Below, piece after piece: positions 1 to 6,801 of a stretch of 7,071 nucleotides of DNA (positions within the stretch are counted from its first letter, which is position 1; every line of letters begins with the position of its first letter). The translations under genes were made by a program, and so were the position numbers. The notes beneath the pieces were generated by a model. That model was not told where the DNA came from, did not search any database, and saw only the letters and a program-made list of their open reading frames with translations. Source of the stretch: Adineta steineri (taxonomy: Eukaryota); contig CAJNOG010001353.1 in the NCBI GenBank assembly GCA_905250045.1, forward strand, positions 12,262-19,332. The letters are read 5' to 3'.

Positions 1-864
1 GTGGAGAACTCATCTATATCAATGAAAAAACGAAGAGATTTATTGATCGCTATATTTTTTTTTCATTCTTAATGTTCGCACAGACCAATCAGAAGACACG
101 AGCAGTCAATAATCGATCGCGTTGATCAGGATTAAAAAAATCGAATTTAAATTTTGAGAAAGTGAATTAAGTCGAATATCATTTAAGTTTCGTGAACATA
201 CGAATATTTCGCCGAAAAAATTTTGCATATAAAAGAAAGCATTGAATTGAAACTTCAGAACAATATGCATTCTATGATTAATCGAATTTTTATCTGATTA
301 TGCAATATTTTTCCCACGTGACATAAAGATTGAGTGCTCTCATTTACACTTGAAATTGATTGGAATCTTAATGATTTACTTAGATTAATTACTAAGAAAT
401 AGTTTATCAGAGAATATCCAATCTGATTTGCTTTTTGCTTTCATTTTTTTTGTACATGAGTAGTACATAATTAACTGTACAATTATCTTCATTCGTTATG
501 AGTTTTATAACGAAATATAAGTCAGACTGTAAAGAAAATCTTTCTCGAATAGAAAGAAACTGTCACAGAAACAGATTTTTAAACATGTGAATATTATTAT
601 TCATTAGATATTTTATATACAACAAAGTAGTATTGAACAAAAATCAACTAATTCGCATTTTCTTTGTTATTGATTTCATGCCGTACAAGAACGAAGCAAC
701 TGTAAATATGTTCTGTAGGAATATCTATTGAATGATAAATACTATTAAAAAGATGCGGTTCATATTCAATATCTTTTTCTTTCTTTGATATTGGTCTATC
801 CATTGTTAGGATATCTTGTTTACTTAAAGAAATATAAAAAAGAAAAATGAAATAATCTGATTAT

Positions 865-1138
865 CTTACGATAAAAAACAAAATGGGAAATTAAGATTGA
901 TAATATACATATAAAAAATCATGATTTACAAACATCCGAATCACTCATAACTTCAAAAGATAAATTTTATTCATATCGCTACTTGAATAGCGGAAATGAA
1001 ATTGTATTGTACCTTGAAATGAAAGAGTAAGTCATAAAAAATTTATCTTTTGGAGTTATCAATGATTCAAGTGTTTGGGAATCATGATTTTTAATATATG
1101 TATTATCGATCTTGATTTCTCATTTTTTTTATCGTGAG
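865..1138. repeat. Long imperfect inverted repeat (foldback; MITE-like or hairpin-RNA-like)
   Basis: The left arm (~865-969) is cttacgataaaaaacaaaatgggaaattaagattgataatatacatataaaaaatcatgatttacaaacatccgaatcactcataacttcaaaagataaatttt. The reverse complement of the right arm (~1034-1138) is ctcacgataaaaaaaatgagaaatcaagatcgataatacatatattaaaaatcatgattcccaaacacttgaatcattgataactccaaaagataaattttt. My hand alignment gives roughly four-fifths identity over ~105 nt with a few short indels. The ~65-nt spacer has its own small apical hairpin (cgcta-cttgaa-tagcg, ~977-992). I could not identify a clear target-site duplication. Confidence 0.85.
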
Positions 1139-2183
1139 AAAAAATATATATATTTGACTGAACAAGATAAAAAAAAAGTAATCCAAATAAAAATTTCGAA
1201 ATTTTACTAGTCGTCTTCGTTCTCTCGAAGGCAAGAAATCAAAAAAGTGCACATAAACGATTTTTAAACTATATGGATCCAACTAATCTAACAAAGATAC
1301 ATGTAGCTTTGTAAAAAGAAGACTTTTCCTATTTGACACTAGATATCTTATTAAAATTTATTTCTTATTGCATAAACCAGTCACATTAGACAATCATAAT
1401 TTGAAAAGACATGTATTTCTGTTATCGTACCTCCATGATCGTATAAAACCATAGCAAATTCTAAGAAGTTATCCGAATTCAATAGAATTTGATTCTAAAG
1501 ACACTACGAGAGACAGAAATAAATTTATTATTAATATCGTTATAATTTTTAATATTCCTATGTAATAGGTAATCTCCAGGATTTTATTTCAGTAAATATT
1601 CAACTATTATTGCCAAGCAATCAATTGATAAAAATGTACATAATAATGTGAAAAGTTATTAGTTGATATGATGAATGTGAATGTGATATTATTCTATACA
1701 ATTCTAATTATTTTGTTTATATATTTATTTCTCATAGATTTTATGTGTTCGATGATATTCATATCGTTGAATAGTATTTGATGAAGATTCATTCTAAAGA
1801 TAAACAACTGCACTTTTTTTATTATTTATCTAATCTGTGTAATAAGTATAAAATCAGCTGTGCAATACATTTCTGATAATACACAATGCCGATTTATTTC
1901 CTCTTTCAACTGAATACAAAATAACAAAAACATTCTGTTGTCAAAAAAGTTCTATTTTATTGTTCAGGAAGCGTTGTATTTCCTTCATTAAGGCATAATT
2001 TTCGATGTATCCTTAACAAGAATAATATTAAAATTTTTTTGAAACACTTTGTTTTTATATCCTTCCTACAAAATTTCAATATCATGAACATTATTTTATA
2101 TTTACAGTAAATAATACTTGTCATTTCATATCAGTTGTAAAAAAGGAAACGGATTCATTGTTTTTATTTACTGATAATTCTAA

Positions 2184-2435
2184 ATATTGTATTTGCTGCA
2201 TAAATTTTAATAAAAAAGAAAGTTCCCATTGACATCATTATGTAGGCGAGTAGAGAACAAAAAAGAAACAACTTGGTTTTGTTCAATTCAACAGAAGACA
2301 AATATCAATAATAGATAATGATTTGTGAATAATAACAAATGGAAGAAGCAGAAGAATATGTTCTGATATAGTTATCGACAGAATAATGAACAAATTTTAG
2401 AAATTATTCGCAACATTTTTCATCAAATGATTAAT
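2184..2435 (+). repeat. Diverged direct repeat, copy A
   Basis: Copy A is colinear with copy B at an offset of +1237/+1238. Block 2270-2288 (aacttggttttgttcaatt) matches 3507-3525 (aacttgttcttgttcaatt) at 17/19 positions. Block 2318-2334 (atgatttgtgaataata) matches 3556-3572 exactly at 17/17. The block starting at 2411 (caacattttt..aatgatt) matches the block starting at 3648 (caacactttt..aatgatt). Similarity between the anchors is weaker and interrupted by indels, and the outer limits are fuzzy. Confidence 0.55.
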
Positions 2436-2785
2436 AACAAAATAGAAATATTTCTGTAGGATAAAACAAACGAAAAGATTATTTTCCCAATAATGAGTGA
2501 ATGATTCTGATGCTTACTGTATATGATCGTTTTTATGTGAAATATTTATGACAAAACATCACATGTTGATGAAAACAACAAGAACATTTTCTTTTTTCAG
2601 ATTAGTTTTGGATAAAATTTTATCTTTTGTGAATATCGAATTCTATGAGATAACATGTGAAAGTAAATTATATATTTCAGACAACAATTAATAGGATTAT
2701 TTCTATAAAAACAACAATGAATATCAACACTTTTTGAAGGAAATGCAAAGTTTGCTGAGAGAAAAGAATCTATTTTATTATTTTT

Positions 2786-2801
2786 CATTCATTCATTCAT
2801 T
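2786..2801. repeat. (CATT)4 microsatellite
   Basis: cattcattcattcatt is read directly from the sequence. A related (ATCC)3 tract lies at 3035-3046. Confidence 0.9.
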
Positions 2802-3399
2802 TGAAAGTTTGAAGATTGGAGCTGTAACTAGATGACGGTGTAGATGTGGATGATGTTAACAGGAGACACATTTACACCTTCAAACTATTTCAATGGACTA
2901 TATTTAACTGTAACTTACATGTACTGTGATTTATAGTATTTGAAATTTAATTTTAATAACGAGACAAAATATTCTTTTTCAAATTTAAATTATTTCTAAT
3001 TAAAGAATAAATCTTAGATTACAGTTACACTCACATCCATCCATCCAGAAATCATCGAATATATTAGGATCAGTTATAAAATAGATCTTCTTGTTGACAT
3101 ATTTGTTCTTTCAAATCTATACAAAATAATAAATTCTGTTATCTCTCTGAGAAAACGTTCCATTCTCCTATTTAAATAGTGATTCTCAATGTTTTTCTTT
3201 CTGGTTTAGTCTGATACATATTGCTTTCAAATTCTTTTTCCAAAGTTTCAATATTATAAATATTTATTGTATTTACAACAAATGTTAATTGACATCTGCT
3301 AGAATTTTGTTCACTAATTTACTTCGAAAGAGGAAGAGAATTTATTATTTTTGATGTTGTTTTTCTTGTAGATTTTCCAAAAAAACATACTTTACATTG

Positions 3400-3670
3400 A
3401 TATTATTGCGTAGAAGAAAAAAACAGTTGTTGTTTTCATAATTATTATTTTTCAACAGCATAGTGAAGAATTTGTAGTCAGTTATTTGAGAATAGCACTG
3501 CAAAATAACTTGTTCTTGTTCAATTTTATTGGGGCGTAAGTGTTAATAAAGCGTGATGATTTGTGAATAATAGAGAAAGAAAGAGTTCTCAACTTCGATG
3601 GATGAAAATGTGTTTTATTTTGATTATTTTCTGATAAAAATAAATTTCAACACTTTTTTTAATGATTTTT
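3400..3670 (+). repeat. Diverged direct repeat, copy B (ends ~255 nt upstream of the proposed start codon)
   Basis: The anchor blocks are the same as for copy A. Relative to A, copy B carries about 20 extra nt near 3430-3460 and further indels between 3573 and 3648. Confidence 0.55.
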
Positions 3671-3906
3671 TCATTTTTTAGAAAACTGTTTATAAATACT
3701 CTGAAAATTCTTATAAACATATTTGTATATTGATAGTTTTCTTTCGATTGATTTGTAAATAAATGTTTTTCATTATTTTATTTTGAGTCAAATAGTTCTG
3801 CATATTTTTCAACCATAATCTTTTGTTCTCAAGTATTATTCTGGTATCATTTGTTTTTGTTAGATATTTTAGATTATTGATTGTAACAAGGTATTAATTC
3901 AATCTC

Positions 3907-3914
3907 ACACGTGT
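3907..3914. promoter_or_regulatory. E-box-containing palindrome ACACGTGT 12 nt upstream of the proposed start codon
   Basis: The CACGTG core is at 3908-3913. It is one of three CACGTG cores in a window where composition predicts fewer than one. Any functional role is inferred. Confidence 0.25.
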
Positions 3915-3925
3915 ACAAAATATTT

Positions 3926-3958
3926 ATGATGGGTCGAAATCAAATAGGAGTTTGTGAC
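3926..3958 (+). CDS. NHL-repeat membrane protein, proposed exon 1 (ATG ATG GGT..., MMGRNQIGVCD)
   Basis: The exon opens with tandem ATGs at 3926 and 3929; the second has A at -3 and G at +4. An in-frame TAA lies upstream at 3884-3886. The exon ends in phase 0 at GAC|GTAATA (donor GT 3959-3960). That matches the phase-0 acceptor cattttAG| at 4003-4004 and gives a 46-nt intron containing a TTAAC branch-like motif. Support is only phase consistency plus the lack of any in-frame ATG in exons 2-3. Confidence 0.4.
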
Positions 3959-4004
3959 GTAATATATTTATTAATTAACGTTTCATTTTGATGAATCATT
4001 TTAG

Positions 4005-4060
4005 TCTGAACTGGTTACATCGAATTCTCAACAGATATCAACTGATCAATCAACTTTATT
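4005..4060 (+). CDS. NHL-repeat membrane protein, proposed exon 2 (SELVTSNSQQISTDQSTL + 2 nt)
   Basis: The acceptor is ...atcattttAG|TCT and the donor is TTATT|GTAAGT, a perfect GTAAGT at 4061-4066. Read-through is impossible because TAA at 4062-4064 is in frame. Removing the 54-nt intron 4061..4114 (ending ttattatAG) joins TT+A into a Leu codon and stays in the frame of the TM segment. The peptide is Ser/Thr/Gln-rich with no ATG, so a further 5' exon is required. Confidence 0.5.
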
Positions 4061-4114
4061 GTAAGTGTTTTATGAATTGTTGAGATTTATAATTAAAAGA
4101 ATTGTTTATTATAG

Positions 4115-4335
4115 AAGAAAATGTTTAAAAAAAAAGAAAATATTATGGATCATTATTGGTATTATCATTGTTATTTTGATCATAACTATTACAATCGTGA
4201 TTATTAAAACAAAAACAAAAATAACAAAATTATCCATTGTGACATCAGAAACAACAAATGAAGATTTTACAACAACAGCAGGCAATCCAACAACTGAAAA
4301 ATTTACAACAAAAGCTGACAATCCAACGACAGAAG
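4115..4335 (+). CDS. NHL-repeat membrane protein, exon 3 (basic cluster, TM helix, Thr/Pro stalk)
   Basis: This exon lies in the frame of the 4065..4355 track ORF, whose ends are actually intronic and whose start is a GTG. It translates to RKCLKKKK-ILWIIIGIIIVILIITITIVII-KTKTKITKLSIVTSETTNEDFTTTAGNPTTEKFTTKADNPTTE. The acceptor is tttattatAG| at 4113-4114 and the donor is ACAGAAG|GTATAA at 4336-4337. The exon ends in phase 1, with a lone G at 4335, exactly complementing the phase of the acceptor at 5588 (G+TA = Val). Confidence 0.8.
4140..4205 (+). other. Predicted single transmembrane helix (ILWIIIGIIIVILIITITIVII)
   Basis: This is 22 consecutive hydrophobic residues (I/L/V/W/G/T), flanked by RKCLKKKK on the N side and KTKTKITK on the C side. 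There is no N-terminal signal peptide in the model, so it would act as a signal anchor. Orientation is ambiguous on charge alone because both flanks are Lys-rich. The Thr/Pro stalk that follows suggests the C-terminal propeller is extracellular or lumenal. Confidence 0.75.
4263..4334 (+). repeat. Tandem 36-nt coding duplication (DFTTTAGNPTTE / KFTTKADNPTTE)
   Basis: Unit 1 (4263-4298) is gattttacaacaacagcaggcaatccaacaactgaa. Unit 2 (4299-4334) is aaatttacaacaaaagctgacaatccaacgacagaa. By hand count 29 of 36 nt are identical, the units are in frame, and the second ends exactly at the exon 3 donor. Confidence 0.85.
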
Positions 4336-5587
4336 GTATAATATTAATAAAATAAAAAAAGCCAATATTCTTGTCTTTTTCAGTAAATTATTAAAATATT
4401 TTTATGATATGTTAGTGTTGAGTTTATTTTTGAATATTTTATACGAACATTCATAGAGATTAGAGTTTTATCGTTTGATTTTTAGTAGAGACAAACTCTA
4501 AATCATATTTGAATAAAAGAAGATTTACTTATTTTTTCTTCAAAACAACATTCTGTCTTTGTATTAATTGAGTTTCTATTATCATTCTTTACTTTAAAGT
4601 TGCAAGATAAGAGTATAGATTTACAAAACATTCTCATAAGTTTTATAGAATAGAATTGACATATGGAAAATATTTGAGAAATAAAGAAGGAACTTAGAAT
4701 ATTTTTTTCAACAATTATGCTTTGAAAGTTTCTTAATGTGTAATTTTTTCAATGAAATATCTTCTAATCAAATTACAAAGTTGACAAAAGTGAGTCGATC
4801 CTGTATACAGATGAATCTCATGTGACTAAGATATATCAACGTAACATTTCTTATCAAGATTTTGAGTAAATAATACTTCTGAACGTAATTTTGCTACTGC
4901 TTGCATGTACCACGTGACAAATTTTTCCATTCAAAGACGTTCTTGAGAGCGAAGATTTTGAAGATTGATTAAATTGACCATTGATCTATGATTTGGTTTC
5001 TAACACTTGTAGAAGATACATGATGGACTATTTCTTAAGTATTTGAGAGCATCTATACATGAACTGTAGCCACTATATTAGACCATGTGTATCTTGACTA
5101 CGATCTTATAAATCTATACCAGATGTTGATGCAAGATAATAGTATTTTCAAAATTTCGGTAGAAAGCAAATCGAGAATACGCAATGACGTCAGTATAAAT
5201 GTGAGAATCTTTACTCTTGATCACTCATTTATCGATATGTATCATCAATTTAAAAAACAAATTCTCATTCGCTTTTTCGAGAGTAAAATCAAAAGACATT
5301 TTTATTCAGTTTTCTTTTGTGATTTAATATCAATTACTAAAGTTTAATAATCTTTTATCTTCAATTAATTACAAAGATAAATTGTTTTTTTTCCAAAAAT
5401 TGCAAAGATCTTCGATCGAACCATATATTCACAAATTTAACAAATCTTTAAAAAACATTTACATTGTTTTCTTCTCGAACTTTGCAAAAGATCAAATCAA
5501 AATTCTATTCTTTTTGTTCTGATATTTTTATGAAATCGATATTGTTAGACTTTAATTTAATGTGAACTCTTTTTTCTTCCCTGTTAG
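4336..5587 (+). other. Long intron 3 (1,252 nt) separating the membrane-anchor/stalk exon from the propeller exon
   Basis: It begins GTATAA and ends with a polypyrimidine tract plus TTAG, and both flanks are in phase 1. Stops occur in all frames within it. The only ORF there (5087..5347) starts at GTG and looks compositional. This intron is far longer than the two mini-introns of the same gene (3959..4004 and 4061..4114). Confidence 0.75.
5185..5199 (+). promoter_or_regulatory. Perfect CRE palindrome TGACGTCA directly abutting TATAAA (candidate internal promoter within intron 3)
   Basis: TGACGTCA lies at 5185-5192 and TATAAA at 5194-5199. TATCGATA (5230-5237) and an ATG at 5237 follow about 40 nt downstream. 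This is motif-level evidence only. Confidence 0.3.
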
Positions 5588-6504
5588 TACAAAGCAAACC
5601 TAAATGTGACAAATGGAAACAACATGGAATTACTGTTGCTGGAGTAGCTGGACAAACAGGAGATTGGTTAAATCAATTCTCTAATCCTCAGGGGATCTAT
5701 ATTGATGATGATGAAAGCATTTTGATTGCTGATGCTGGAAATCATCGTGTTGTTAAATGGAAAGATAATCCAAACAGTGGTCAAGTCGTTGCAGGTGGCA
5801 TGGAAATAGGACACAGGCCGGACCAACTCCATATGCCACTCGACGTAACTGTTGATAAAAAAAAGAATGTGATAATCGTATGTGATTATGGAAATTGGCG
5901 AGTGACGAGATGGTTTTTTCAAAGTCAAGCAAATCCACAAATTTACATTGATAATATTGCATGTGGCGGTGTCACAATGGACAAAAGTGGGTCTCTTTAT
6001 GTTTCTGATTGGCAAAAGGATGAAGTAACACGATGGAAAGAAGGAGACACATATGGAACAATAGTTGCAGGTGGCAATAGAAAAGGAGAGAATTTTAATC
6101 AACTCTGGAGTCCTTCTTATATCTTCGTCGATAAAGATTATTCTGTTTATGTATCCGATACTCTAAATCATCGTATAATCAAATGGAAAAAAGATGCACA
6201 AGAAGGTATTGTTGTTGCTGGCGGAAATGGAGTTGGAAATCATCTCAATCAATTATTTCATCCTTTTGGAATGATTGTTGATAATTTGGGTCAAATCATT
6301 ATTGCAGACTATGAGAATCATCGAATTATGAAATGGTATGAAGGAGATGCAAACGGTTCAGTTGTAGCTGGTGGAAATGGTGAAGGCGAAAGATCAGATC
6401 AATTACTTTTTCCCAGAGATGTGTCATTTGATATTGAAGGAAATCTTTATGTTACTGATTCTTATAATCATCGAATTCAAAAATATGAACAATGTACGGA
6501 ATAA
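5588..6504 (+). CDS. NHL-repeat membrane protein, exon 4 (six-bladed NHL beta-propeller, stop TAA 6502-6504)
   Basis: The frame is open from 5566 to 6504. The M of the track ORF at 5722 is a TTG, and the first in-frame ATG is at 5800, inside blade 2. Six blades of ~34-46 aa lie at about nt 5626-5760, 5779-5913, 5935-6036, 6055-6186, 6205-6336 and 6355-6486. They show the recurring pattern G.VVAGGNG.G...NQL..P.G..VD..G..YV.D..NHRI.KW, which is the classic NHL repeat signature. The exon start is set by cttttttcttccctgttAG|TA (AG 5586-5587). This is the only AG with a polypyrimidine tract downstream of the in-frame TGA at 5563-5565. Confidence 0.93.
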
Positions 6505-6561
6505 AATTAAAAAATTGTTTTTTTGAAGATAATTAAATTGTGAAATAATATAATTCATCGA

Positions 6562-6594
6562 AATAAAAAATACAATCATTCGATTTTGAATAAA
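6562..6594 (+). terminator. Candidate polyadenylation signals for the NHL gene (AATAAA at 6562-6567 and 6589-6594)
   Basis: These two canonical AATAAA hexamers lie 58 and 85 nt after the TAA stop, and the second is followed by a T-rich tract. AATAAA is common in DNA this AT-rich, so specificity is low. Confidence 0.35.
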
Positions 6595-6801
6595 AACTTT
6601 TTTTTGAAAAGTATATTTACTTTAGTTTATGAATTATTAAACATAAATGTAAGCTGTAATTGTTTCTAGAGAAGTCTTTTTTGACGTGTGAGAGATAATT
6701 AAGTTGTTCTCGTAGAAGTTTAATATGGATAATCTATTGTTTCTAACTTCAGATTCGAATGAAATTTGCGAAGAAGATTTTGATGATAAGATTAACCTAA
6801 A

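Noticed and set aside
22-72. An ORF starting MKKRRDLLIAIFFF that looks like a signal peptide at the window edge.
   Set aside because: Careful counting through the T9 run gives a stop after 16 codons (…FFFHS*), so it is not a secretory protein start.
648-803. A minus-strand ATG ORF of 51 aa (MDRPISKKEKDIEYEPHLFNSIYHSIDIPTEHIYSCFVLVRHEINNKENAN), just below the track threshold and locally GC-richer.
   Set aside because: It looks protein-like, but the ~70-codon open stretch around it is within chance expectation for this composition. I recognise no domain, splice partners or polyadenylation signal. It is worth a BLASTP or tBLASTN check but is not callable.
2597-2788. A minus-strand 63-aa ORF.
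   Set aside because: I recognise no motif in it, and its composition matches a random AT-rich translation (I/N/K/F/Y-rich). With a stop frequency of ~8% per codon, a few open stretches of this length are expected by chance across the six frames of 7 kb.
2802-2892. A composite hairpin: ggtgtagatgtg (2837-2848) pairs with cacatttacacc (2867-2878) with one G-T, and an outer tgaaa/gtttgaa helix pairs with ttcaaac/tttca. It lies between the CATT and ATCC microsatellites.
   Set aside because: The inner stem alone is about what chance predicts once loop sizes and one mismatch are allowed. The outer helix needs a 22-nt one-sided bulge. It may simply reflect inverted GATG/CATC-type simple repeats.
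3553-3634. A C/D-box snoRNA-like arrangement: GTGATGA at 3553-3559 and CTGA at 3631-3634, ~80 nt apart, inside repeat copy B.
   Set aside because: No terminal stem can form between the flanks (aaagc upstream, taaaa downstream). Copy A lacks the C box. Both short motifs are frequent in AT-rich DNA.
3691-3717. TATAAA hexamers (3691-3696 and 3712-3717) as the main promoter of the NHL gene, and TATAAAAG at 228-235.
   Set aside because: By my estimate, TATAAA is expected dozens of times on the two strands at this composition, so position alone gives no support. The true transcription start site cannot be placed from sequence.
4109-4321. A minus-strand 70-aa ORF overlapping exon 3.
   Set aside because: This is an antisense shadow of the TM/stalk exon. 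Its hydrophobic, low-complexity translation mirrors the sense strand, and nothing supports it independently.
4065-4355. The track ORF (96 aa) taken at face value as a gene.
   Set aside because: It starts at a GTG just after the TAA inside the GTAAGT donor, and its first 16 codons are intron 2. Its last 6 codons (GIILIK) read through the exon 3 donor into intron 3. The real coding part is 4115..4335.
4458-4504. A hairpin gattagagttt ... aaactctaaatc within intron 3.
   Set aside because: It is an 11-12-bp AT-rich stem with a bulge. I estimate about one such structure by chance in this window.
5087-5347. A plus-strand 86-aa ORF inside intron 3.
   Set aside because: It starts at a GTG, its composition is AT-driven, and it lies wholly within the intron. 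Only its segment 5237-5282 is reused, as the speculative alternative first exon reported above.
5668-6102. Minus-strand ORFs of 144 aa (5668..6102) and 69 aa (5753..5962) opposite the propeller exon.
   Set aside because: These are antisense shadows of a strongly supported sense CDS. I recognise no domain pattern in them, and the sense strand carries six clear NHL blades.
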